The notes below the pieces were generated by a model. The model saw only the letters and a list, made by a program, of their open reading frames with translations, did not search any database and was not told where the DNA came from. From a virus: a DNA stretch of 64,000 bases. The stretch lies in IMG/VR virus record IMGVR_UViG_3300045988_162923. One strand, given 5' to 3'. The translations under genes were made by a program, and so were the position numbers. This document shows, piece after piece, positions 33,063 through 41,617 of the stretch (the first letter of the stretch is position 1; every line of letters starts with the position of its first letter).

Positions 33063-33335
33063 TTAAACCTCATATCCCTGTGCGGCCATAACAGCGACGC
33101 TTTTGTAAACCATTCGGCCACTTGCGCGATCCTTACATTTTTTAATGAATCCCATTTCCGCCATGTGAGAAAGAATACGACTAATTTTTTGAGTCGTTAA
33201 AGTATTTAAGACCATATCTCGCTGCTTAATCTGATCAATTGTAAGTGCTTCTGGACTATTTTCAAGAACATCAATACAACGAGTAGTAAATTCACCATTC
33301 TGGGTTGTAGTATATTTACTAGTTTTATAAGGCAC
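33063..33335 (-). CDS. winged-helix regulator (90 aa)
   Basis: ILSHMAEMGFIKK wHTH-like. Confidence 0.35.
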   Translation of the reverse strand: MPYKTSKYTTTQNGEFTTRCIDVLENSPEALTIDQIKQRDMVLNTLTTQKISRILSHMAEMGFIKKCKDRASGRMVYKSVAVMAAQGYEV

Positions 33336-33344
33336 AGTTAATCA

Positions 33345-33433
33345 ATTCCTTTCTTTACTTTCTATATATATTATATCATTTTTTATTATAAAAATCAAAA
33401 AAGGGATAAAGAATTAAATCTTTATCCCTTTTA
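33345..33433 (-). promoter_or_regulatory. terminator hairpin plus conserved promoter cassette
   Basis: AAGGGATAAAGA...TCTTTATCCCTT hairpin then TTGATTTTTATAATAAAAAATGATATAATATATATAGAAAGTAAAGAAAGGAAT. Confidence 0.55.
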
Positions 33434-33440
33434 CCTATAT

Positions 33441-33941
33441 TTAATTGTCTTTTTCCTGAATATATGTTACAACAGGTTCACAAACAAAGCAACACATAGC
33501 ACAGGCAACTTTAACAGCTTCTTCTGAATCATGTCCAAGATGAAGTGCTGTCAAAGCATAAGGAGCGCCAGCACCAATGGCATAATAATCTTTAATTTCT
33601 CTAACTAAGTATCCACAAATCTGGAAAAGATGACCTCCAAAAGCCATTAAGTAACTATTCTTAATATCACGAGTATTGGAAATCTCGCCTTTCCATTTAC
33701 CAAATTCAGTAAAATAATTAAGAATTTCTCTCTCTGTAGCATTGAGCGGCTGATGATTCTCCATGTATAGCCACATAAGACTACATTCATCTGCACTACC
33801 AACACTACCAACAATCATATCATTTAAAGAAATAATTTTAGTAAAGTTAGTATTGGGGTCTTTTTCCCATCCATTAGTTAAAATACTGTCCGCAGACATT
33901 TGAATATTATTATTATATACCTTCGCGGCAACTACGCTCAT
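33441..33941 (-). CDS. HslV/proteasome-beta-like Ntn-hydrolase fold protein
   Basis: YYAIGAGAPYALTALHLG...KVACAMCCFVCEP parallels HslV LIAIGSGGPYAQAAARAL...KALDIAGDICIYTN; no N-terminal Thr-Thr seen. Confidence 0.4.
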   Translation of the reverse strand: MSVVAAKVYNNNIQMSADSILTNGWEKDPNTNFTKIISLNDMIVGSVGSADECSLMWLYMENHQPLNATEREILNYFTEFGKWKGEISNTRDIKNSYLMAFGGHLFQICGYLVREIKDYYAIGAGAPYALTALHLGHDSEEAVKVACAMCCFVCEPVVTYIQEKDN

Positions 33942-33967
33942 TTTATATTACCTCATTTAATATTATT

Positions 33968-34588
33968 TTATTTAAAAATAGTACCTTTTAATTGGTCAGG
34001 CAAATCATTATTTAAGACTTGTTTCCAACCAATAATATTACCCTCTAGGCCTGGTAAATCTTTAAAATTACCACTTGGACAAGTTTTACTAATTTTACTA
34101 TCAACGACTAATTCGATTAATTCATTACAAATAATACCATGAATTAAATCACCGTTTTTAGTATGTCGATCTTGTTTTTCATCAGTTTTAATAACTTTAA
34201 TTTCAGAGCCATCTTCACAAATAAATATCCACTTTGTGCCGATTTTACCAAAGTGTCGTCCAAGAGCGCAAGCAATAAATCCATCATCGGTCTATAATGT
34301 TCCATCTTCTTGGATAATTAAATAATTGTGAATTAAATCCCATTGAGGGCTATTTGTGTCAGTGATATCAGACCACCATTCAAATGGCTTATTGGTATGG
34401 TCAGTTCCGCAATTACAGAACTCCATATTTCCATATGCATATTCACTGTCTTCTACTACTTCTGGAGTGTGGATTAGCTCGTGAGTAGTAATGCCAGAAT
34501 CATAAGCATAAACTGCTAAGCTATTTATACTTAATCCAAAGACAAGAATAATAGCTATCAATACTGACATTATCCTTTTAGTTCGCAT
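33968..34588 (-). CDS. secreted hypothetical protein (signal peptide; 1 TAG)
   Basis: N-terminal MRTKRIMSVLIAIILVFGLSINSLAVYA; frame continues through TAG at 34292 to TAA at 33968. Confidence 0.4.
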
Positions 34589-34784
34589 AATTTGAACCTC
34601 CTTAAAATAATATGTTATATTATAACATATTATTTTTCAAAAGTCAAATTATTTTTCAATTAATTCTTTAATAATTTCAATAATTGCTATTAAATCATCT
34701 GCTAGACAAATGGGCGCTTCCCATTCGTTAGCAAGCGCCCATTCTTTATCTAGTTCCAGATTGTCAAGAAGTTCTTTTAATCCT

Positions 34785-36155
34785 TTACGCTTCATTTTTT
34801 ACTTCTTCAGCCTCTTCCATATCAGGTTCAGTCTCTTCTGCTTTACAGATACCTTCCAGACATTTGAAAGCAAAATTCTTATGTTTGTAAGCAGTAAATG
34901 CCGGACGATTTACAATTCTACACACAACACCTTCACGCACATGAGTTTTGCCGATAGGATCGGGACCGTCATAATATTGCTCAGCAATATTTTTAATCCA
35001 TTCACCAGCGCTAACAGTATCATCATAGGACGCGCCCGGATGGTTAGGAATAATACCAGACCACAGAAGCGGAACACATTTACAACCCATCTGAGCACAA
35101 CGATAACGCATATAATCAGGAGTATATTCTACAATATCGCCATCTTCATTGGTCATAGTCATACGGTAAACGTAAAAATCAGACTGCGGAAGAGTATCAT
35201 GGCTACCATCTTCATAAATCATATAACCAGTAGGAGAACAACCATAAGAGAAGGTAGTCATTTCACCATACTGCTTTACAAATGCTTTATCATTCAATTT
35301 CTTATTAGATACTACACCCATGATAGAAGCACCAGTATCAGTAAAACCAACTACTTCATAATAAACTTCTTCACCCTTATGAAGCTTACCTTCAAAGAAT
35401 TTTGAATGCTGCTCACGGAAAGCATTAGAACCATAGTAACCACCATCAAAATTCTCTAGTACAGTACGACGAGTACCTGAGACATAACCCCAATTATAGA
35501 TTGGAGTACCCGGACGCCGCAACAGCCAATCAAAGAAAGAACGCTTATATTTTACGAAAGTAGGAACTCGACCGGTGCGCTGAGAAGTACCATGCATTTT
35601 AAGAGTAATTTCTACATAATCGCCCGGATGGAAAGCACCAAGATTATAAGCCAATTGCTCAGTATCTGCGTGTTCAACAAATAGAGGAGCAATAGGAACT
35701 TTTCTCTTGCGAGTACGATTTCCTTTTACTTTATTTTCATAAGGCTGCTTATGAGAACGAGGAATATACTTTTGACAAATTTCATGTCCATTTAGCATAG
35801 TAAAAGAGTCGCCTTCTTTTACTTCTGCCTTAGTATAAGAGATACAATTCAAATGAAGGAACAAGCCATCACTCTTTTCGCCACGCAGACGAATAGAAGT
35901 TACATTGCGTTTATTGGGGTCCATATAGCCGCCGATAGAATTACCAGCATCATCTTTCTTACGCAGAAGATTATTATACTCAGCAAATTCTACAGACAAC
36001 TGACCATCGGTAGGAAAATAAATACCAACTTCACCTGCTGCGTAGCTCATATCTACACAAACAGTATTGCCAAAACATTCACCCAACTGTAGCCGGTCAG
36101 CATTTGGATGTTTTCTCAGATTATCAATTTTACATACATAAGCATAATAAGACAT
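34785..36155 (-). CDS. ATP-dependent RNA ligase (KxHGxN motif-I type)
   Basis: Motif I LKMHGTS (compare T4 Rnl2 KEHGTN); 456 aa; GC-rich; no TAG. Confidence 0.6.
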   Translation of the reverse strand: MSYYAYVCKIDNLRKHPNADRLQLGECFGNTVCVDMSYAAGEVGIYFPTDGQLSVEFAEYNNLLRKKDDAGNSIGGYMDPNKRNVTSIRLRGEKSDGLFLHLNCISYTKAEVKEGDSFTMLNGHEICQKYIPRSHKQPYENKVKGNRTRKRKVPIAPLFVEHADTEQLAYNLGAFHPGDYVEITLKMHGTSQRTGRVPTFVKYKRSFFDWLLRRPGTPIYNWGYVSGTRRTVLENFDGGYYGSNAFREQHSKFFEGKLHKGEEVYYEVVGFTDTGASIMGVVSNKKLNDKAFVKQYGEMTTFSYGCSPTGYMIYEDGSHDTLPQSDFYVYRMTMTNEDGDIVEYTPDYMRYRCAQMGCKCVPLLWSGIIPNHPGASYDDTVSAGEWIKNIAEQYYDGPDPIGKTHVREGVVCRIVNRPAFTAYKHKNFAFKCLEGICKAEETEPDMEEAEEVKNEA

Positions 36156-36174
36156 AATCTTTCATTCCTTTCTT

Positions 36175-37074
36175 TTAAATAACTCTACGCCATAAATAAT
36201 TCATATATCTATTACTATTACCGTAAGCCTGTTTAATATGCTTACGGACACTATCTACAGTCATACCTTTCTTTTGGTTAGCGGTAAATACATATTCATA
36301 CATATACTTAGCCGCAATTTCAGCATCAGGAAATACATACTTTGCGCTGCTATTTTTAGAAGTAATGACACAAATACTATTTTTAGGATAGCCGCACTTG
36401 CTCCATTTACGAGTATCATTTACAGCATATTCACTATTGGACTGGGAAATAATTTCTTCAGTCTTAGTTGTAGGATGAGGAGCAGGTTTCTTTACTTTCT
36501 TTTTCCAATTATTCATATTTTTATTAATGGTAGGAAGAAAACTCAGTCGATAAATTACATCTTCTTCATAGTTTGTTTTATCATAATCATAGACATAATA
36601 GAGAAGAATAGCATCATCAAGGGCATTATGAGTCTGAATAATATCGGGAGTAAAGCAATTTACAATCTTAATAAGTCCAGTAGGATTCAGATAATATTTC
36701 TGTTCAAAATTCTTAGAATAATCAATAAGCGCTGAAGCCATATAACTAATAATCATGCGCGCCTTTAAAGAACTTGTCTTGTTAAAAGTGTGCATCAAGA
36801 AATCACTATCACTGTCACCCCAGACGTAAAACTCAGGATTATTGTCATTTTCAAGAACCCAATCAGAAAATTTACAAAATACTTCATCAGAAGTTGGCGC
36901 GTTAGCAAGCATTTCTTTTGTAATACCAGTAAGCTCAGTAATAAAATTAGTTACTTTCTTTTGGCTATGCGGAGCAACAAGAGAATAGAACATTTCACCA
37001 TCTTCTCTGTAACAACCAATAGAGATAATTTCCTGAGAAAACTGCGTTGCTTCAAAATCAATAAAATATTTCAT
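36175..37074 (-). CDS. DEDD-family 3'-5' exonuclease (DnaQ-like) with C-terminal DNA-binding module
   Basis: FIDFEAT (Exo I), HNALDDA (Exo III). Confidence 0.65.
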   Translation of the reverse strand: MKYFIDFEATQFSQEIISIGCYREDGEMFYSLVAPHSQKKVTNFITELTGITKEMLANAPTSDEVFCKFSDWVLENDNNPEFYVWGDSDSDFLMHTFNKTSSLKARMIISYMASALIDYSKNFEQKYYLNPTGLIKIVNCFTPDIIQTHNALDDAILLYYVYDYDKTNYEEDVIYRLSFLPTINKNMNNWKKKVKKPAPHPTTKTEEIISQSNSEYAVNDTRKWSKCGYPKNSICVITSKNSSAKYVFPDAEIAAKYMYEYVFTANQKKGMTVDSVRKHIKQAYGNSNRYMNYLWRRVI

Positions 37075-37109
37075 TCAATACCAACCCCTATTTTTTTTAT
37101 TTATTTCTT

Positions 37110-37192
37110 ATCTCATTTTGTAAATATATTATATCATATTTTATTAAAAAAATCAAAAAAGAGGAATGAAATTAATCATTCCTCTTTTCTTT
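37110..37192 (-). promoter_or_regulatory. terminator hairpin plus conserved promoter cassette
   Basis: AAGAGGAATGA...TCATTCCTCTT hairpin then TTGATTTTTTTAATAAAATATGATATAATATATTTAC. Confidence 0.55.
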
Positions 37193-37928
37193 TTAGTTCA
37201 TAATCCCAAATTTCTTCAAGGTCAACAATAGAAGTGTATAACATTTCAACACCAGGCTTAATATATCGGTCAGCATGATAATGTCCAAATAACCATACTT
37301 CCCATTGAATATACTCTTTAAAAACATCTAACCAGTATTCCATTGTCTTATCAACAGAACTTTGAATTACACTTCTTAAGAATAAATCAGTAGGTTCCCA
37401 ACTTCTTGGGCAAGTATGAGTAAGAACAAAATCGTATTTACAGCCGTAAGTATATTTAGTAATATCAGCCATCTCTGTTAAAGTAAGCAATTCATCTTTG
37501 AACCATCCAGTCCAACTATCAGTATTTTCAGGTCTACCATCTAGCCTAAACCACTTATCAACAGAATATGCTCCACCAATTACTAAAGTAGAATGACCAT
37601 TAAATTTATATTCTTCGCCATCTCTAAGGTATTTAATGTTAGGAAATTCTTCTTCCATATAAACAAAATTATGAATATCCATATCAAAATATTCAGTCAT
37701 ATTAGGAATATTCTGCGGACGCTCTTCATGATTGCCGCGTACGCAATAAAAAATGTATCCAGAATCTTGCGCAAATTGCTTACGCTTTGTATCACTACGA
37801 TTTAAATAGAAATTAAAACCTACATCGCCCAAACAGATAAGCGCAGTTTCATTAGGAGGATAAAGATTTCTATCAATAGCATCCACTCGCTCTTGGATTC
37901 GTCCATGAATATCGCTAACCTGTGACAA
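37176..37928 (-). CDS. calcineurin-like metallophosphoesterase
   Basis: ICLGDVGFN...RGNHE. Confidence 0.65.
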   Translation of the reverse strand: MSQVSDIHGRIQERVDAIDRNLYPPNETALICLGDVGFNFYLNRSDTKRKQFAQDSGYIFYCVRGNHEERPQNIPNMTEYFDMDIHNFVYMEEEFPNIKYLRDGEEYKFNGHSTLVIGGAYSVDKWFRLDGRPENTDSWTGWFKDELLTLTEMADITKYTYGCKYDFVLTHTCPRSWEPTDLFLRSVIQSSVDKTMEYWLDVFKEYIQWEVWLFGHYHADRYIKPGVEMLYTSIVDLEEIWDYELKRKEE

Positions 37929-38148
37929 GCCAATGCTTAATCACAATAATCATCTCCTTTTATAAGATACTTGTTTCCAAGTAAATCATCAATTGTTATT
38001 AAAATTCTCCATTTCTTTCTTAACAGTATCCAATCCTTCAAAGATACTATTTAAAATAATTACTTGAGCGCCAACGCTTTTAAAATTTTCAATTAGCCAA
38101 TTTGCTAAATCAGGAAGCTTTGCTTCAATTGTATCAATATCTTCTTTA

Positions 38149-38976
38149 TTAATTGTTACTTCCATTTAATTCTTCCTCCATACTTTTTTTCATAACTTTA
38201 TATATAACATTATCTAAAAATTCATCAATTACAGGATTGCCTTTATTTTCAGTAGTTTCGCAAAATACATCTGCTACTCTAGTAATATTATCAATAGCAG
38301 TATTGGCTACAATTCGCGCAGTTTCAAGATCATAATATCCTTTTTTTACGTCAATTAAATAATCAGGTCTACGCGGATGTAAGCAATCTTTATAAGGTTC
38401 TCCATTAATATATCGTCCAATATATTCTTCAACTCGAAGCAAATGATGAAGTTGCTTAGGATCATAACCATACTTAGCTAAAATATCTACTTTACTAGGA
38501 TATTCATGTTCCATCGCATGATATTTTTCCATAGCAATGCCCTTCATAGATTTAACTGCTTGATATGGATTATAACGAGCAATTTCTTCTCTATGTTCAA
38601 TTAATTCTGCCCAATATTTTCCATAAATAGAATTAATGAAAAAATATGGAGTAAATAAAATTTCAAGAAAATTTAAATTTTGTTTGCGGAAACAGTTAAG
38701 CATAAGCCGCATATCTTTCCAGTCAGTATGACTATTATCTTCTCGAATATGAGTAGTAGAAATAGGCTGTTTATTTAAGACAATATCTTTAAAGCTTGGT
38801 AAAAGAACTGCCTTGGTATCAACATCGCTATCTTCATAATCAAGTCCATAATTTTGACTACCCTGAAGAAATACACCAACTACTTTATTTAATCCAAAAG
38901 TATCACGAGTTTCATCATAATGATTATAGACCTCTTCCATAATCCAAGAATCGGGATGAAAATTCATATATATCAC
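38149..38976 (-). CDS. Pol-beta-superfamily nucleotidyltransferase
   Basis: GSQNYGLDYEDSDVD (GS...D.D) NTase signature. Confidence 0.5.
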   Translation of the reverse strand: MIYMNFHPDSWIMEEVYNHYDETRDTFGLNKVVGVFLQGSQNYGLDYEDSDVDTKAVLLPSFKDIVLNKQPISTTHIREDNSHTDWKDMRLMLNCFRKQNLNFLEILFTPYFFINSIYGKYWAELIEHREEIARYNPYQAVKSMKGIAMEKYHAMEHEYPSKVDILAKYGYDPKQLHHLLRVEEYIGRYINGEPYKDCLHPRRPDYLIDVKKGYYDLETARIVANTAIDNITRVADVFCETTENKGNPVIDEFLDNVIYKVMKKSMEEELNGSNN

Positions 38977-39314
38977 TCCTTATCTTCAAGAATCTCAATA
39001 TATCTACGAATAGTATCTGCTTGACTTTCAAGGCGATTAACTTCGTCAAGTAAACCTTGCGCTCTCCAATATAATTCAGTGGCAGCATGGTCAAGCTCCT
39101 CATTGTTCATATGTAAAATATCAAATTCGCTATTTTCTGCTAAGTCAAGTAAATCTTCTTTCTCCCACCAATCAAGATCGAGAGTTTCAAGATAATTCTG
39201 AAAATCATTAATTTCCACGATAATAAATTCCTCCATATACGATACCTTTAGTTTTAGTAAAGACATTATCAATTTCATCATAGGAATCAACATAAGTATA
39301 TCCAAATGTATCAT
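38973..39314 (-). CDS. hypothetical acidic protein (113 aa)
   Basis: Intact ORF. Confidence 0.3.
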   Translation of the reverse strand: MIHLDILMLIPMMKLIMSLLKLKVSYMEEFIIVEINDFQNYLETLDLDWWEKEDLLDLAENSEFDILHMNNEELDHAATELYWRAQGLLDEVNRLESQADTIRRYIEILEDKE

Positions 39315-39468
39315 ATGTATTATTAGGGTCAGAAGCTTTCATTTCTTTAATGCATTGGTTAGCATCTTCTGCGGATTCTGCGCCAATAAGACTAAAACCG
39401 CCGTAAAAAATATCTGGACTGACCTTAAATACTTTATAAATCATTTTTGATACCACCTGTTTTTCCAA
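39208..39468 (-). CDS. hypothetical protein (86 aa; true start may be internal)
   Basis: ORF overlapping the previous one in another frame. Confidence 0.2.
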   Translation of the reverse strand: MEKQVVSKMIYKVFKVSPDIFYGGFSLIGAESAEDANQCIKEMKASDPNNTYDTFGYTYVDSYDEIDNVFTKTKGIVYGGIYYRGN

Positions 39469-39740
39469 ATAATAAGTTCCATATTATTTCTACCTACTGG
39501 ATTCATAGTATGAAGATTAATAGGTACTTTCCAAAAATAACCATACTTTTTTTCAATCCAATTAAGAATATTAATATAATCACCGCCCTGATAGTAATAA
39601 ACACCAGAGTCGTGGTCAAGAGATAATTCTTCAATCTCATTCTGACCATAAAATTTAATAGTATCAATGGTCTCTTTTACAGATTTACACCAATGCCAGC
39701 CGATAGGCGCTGGCCGCAGATCATCCACCCAAATTTTCAT
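39441..39740 (-). CDS. hypothetical protein (99 aa)
   Basis: Intact ORF. Confidence 0.3.
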   Translation of the reverse strand: MKIWVDDLRPAPIGWHWCKSVKETIDTIKFYGQNEIEELSLDHDSGVYYYQGGDYINILNWIEKKYGYFWKVPINLHTMNPVGRNNMELIIWKNRWYQK

Positions 39741-39752
39741 ATTTTTCCTCCT

Positions 39753-39989
39753 TTAACTATTATAAATAATTAACCTTTTATTACAAATTGGACAAAGAAT
39801 ATAATGAAAAGTATCAATAAAAATTTCTGGAGCTTCTTTAGTTGTTCTTACAATCTGAATATCTTCATCGTCAAAGAGAAGAAAATTATGACATTCTGGG
39901 CAAACTCCTTTATATCGACCTTTAGCGTCAATAATATCAATCATTTGAGGTATTTTCCTCCTCAAGCCACCATTCATTACCATTTTCAT
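39753..39989 (-). CDS. zinc-ribbon protein (78 aa)
   Basis: CPEC...CPIC. Confidence 0.3.
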   Translation of the reverse strand: MKMVMNGGLRRKIPQMIDIIDAKGRYKGVCPECHNFLLFDDEDIQIVRTTKEAPEIFIDTFHYILCPICNKRLIIYNS

Positions 39990-40543
39990 TATATGTTAAA
40001 TGTAATGGAATTGATTTACCATCTCTTTTTAAAATAATTCTTTGATCTCTTGTCCTAGAAAGAGACTGCTTGCCGAGTCTATCATAAAGTTGAAACCATG
40101 TTCTAATTTTATGTTTCATCTTGAATCTCCTTAATTACTTGATTTTGTTCTGTCGCCATCGCACAATGAAAGTCTGAACAATATCCACATCCTTTGGCAA
40201 TTTCTTGATGTTCTTTATCTTGATGAAGATTACAGCCTATTGGACTACTACTTATTTTATGTAACTCTCCATCTTTATTCTTTTTTAAAAAATATTTATG
40301 TTTAACATAAATACAGAAATCACAGCAAGCTAATCATAAACATTCTTCCGAGCATCCAATCATTTTATGAATCATCTTTTTCTTCTCTTTCTTTAGTGTA
40401 ATGAGGGCAATTAAAGCAAGTCCAAGAAAAAATTTCTTTCTTTTTTGTATTTCTTACACAATAATATTCATAATCAGGATGGTCAAATACGTCACCATGC
40501 CAAGGAGTTGTATCTTCATATCTAAAATAAATACATTCAGCCA

Positions 40544-40810
40544 TTAATATAAATCCTCACTATAAAGTAATTTACATTTATCATTTTCTGGAATAAATTG
40601 ATGACATTTTACTGCTTCTTTATAAGCATCAAATCTATCGAGAAATTCAGCATTTTCATTCCAAAATCCTTCTTCTGTATCTTCTTTTAATATTTCATTT
40701 TGATTAACAAATTGCTTAATAATATAATAAGCATCACCATGTCGATGGCAAGGAATTTCATAAGTTTTACCATCAACAGTATGAAAAATTACACAAGCTT
40801 GAGTAATCAT
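40544..40810 (-). CDS. hypothetical protein (88 aa)
   Basis: Intact ORF. Confidence 0.3.
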   Translation of the reverse strand: MITQACVIFHTVDGKTYEIPCHRHGDAYYIIKQFVNQNEILKEDTEEGFWNENAEFLDRFDAYKEAVKCHQFIPENDKCKLLYSEDLY

Positions 40811-40812
40811 AA

Positions 40813-41040
40813 TTATTCCTTTACAAAATGAATGATTAAATCATACCCATTTTCTGTTTTAATCATTTCATAAGGATGATTAAAATTAACTTTATAACCT
40901 TCTTGCTTTGGAATATTAATTCCTTTATCAACTAAATTATCAGGAGAAATTTTAATTATCTTAGTATTATAAGTATGAGTACCTATAACAAAAAAGAATA
41001 ATATTACTCCAACTAAAATATAAAGAATAAGTTTTTTCAT
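40813..41040 (-). CDS. small secreted/membrane protein (75 aa)
   Basis: N-terminal hydrophobic helix. Confidence 0.3.
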   Translation of the reverse strand: MKKLILYILVGVILFFFVIGTHTYNTKIIKISPDNLVDKGINIPKQEGYKVNFNHPYEMIKTENGYDLIIHFVKE

Positions 41041-41279
41041 ATTTGCACTCTTTCATTCCAAGCATTTATTACATTTTTTATTGCTTCTTCTTCTGAGTGA
41101 TAAATGCTATTATTATTAAATAAATTTATTCGACAACCACATACAGGATTAATACAATGAATATCAAATTCATAACAATTATAATATCCATGTCCTCCTT
41201 CACTCCAAAGTGGTTTCTTTTCCAAAAGTGGAATAGATCCACAGAAAGGACAAGGTTTTAACTCAGAAGCTATCATCAT
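41037..41279 (-). CDS. zinc-ribbon protein (80 aa)
   Basis: CPFCGS...CINPVCGC. Confidence 0.3.
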   Translation of the reverse strand: MMIASELKPCPFCGSIPLLEKKPLWSEGGHGYYNCYEFDIHCINPVCGCRINLFNNNSIYHSEEEAIKNVINAWNERVQI

Positions 41280-41505
41280 CTTTCATAGTCTCCCAATCCA
41301 TAGAATTAAGCCAGTAACGAGTCTGATTATTTTCATCTTTAGAACTACCAGCCATTCCATGAGACACCAAATATCTCATAACACCAGAAGCACCCTGCGG
41401 AGTAATATCAAAATTATGCTTGCGCTTGGCAAATGCGGAAATTTGCTTAGCAGTAAGAGTACCACTCTCTTTAAGAATCTTAATGACCATCTCACGCTTT
41501 TCCAT
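41263..41505 (-). CDS. HTH DNA-binding protein (80 aa)
   Basis: LTAKQISAFAKRK HTH-like. Confidence 0.35.
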   Translation of the reverse strand: MEKREMVIKILKESGTLTAKQISAFAKRKHNFDITPQGASGVMRYLVSHGMAGSSKDENNQTRYWLNSMDWETMKDDDSF

Positions 41506-41520
41506 GAATTTTTACCATCC

Positions 41521-41602
41521 TTTCAATTTTCTATAAATATTATAACATATTTTTATAAAAAAATCAATAAGCTCCTTTGAAATTAATCAAAGGAGCTTAT
41601 TT
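41521..41602 (-). promoter_or_regulatory. terminator hairpin plus conserved promoter cassette
   Basis: AAGCTCCTTTGA...TCAAAGGAGCTT hairpin then TTGATTTTTTTATAAAAATATGTTATAATATTTATAGAAAATTGAAAGGAT. Confidence 0.55.
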
Positions 41603-41617
41603 TTATATTAAATTATT

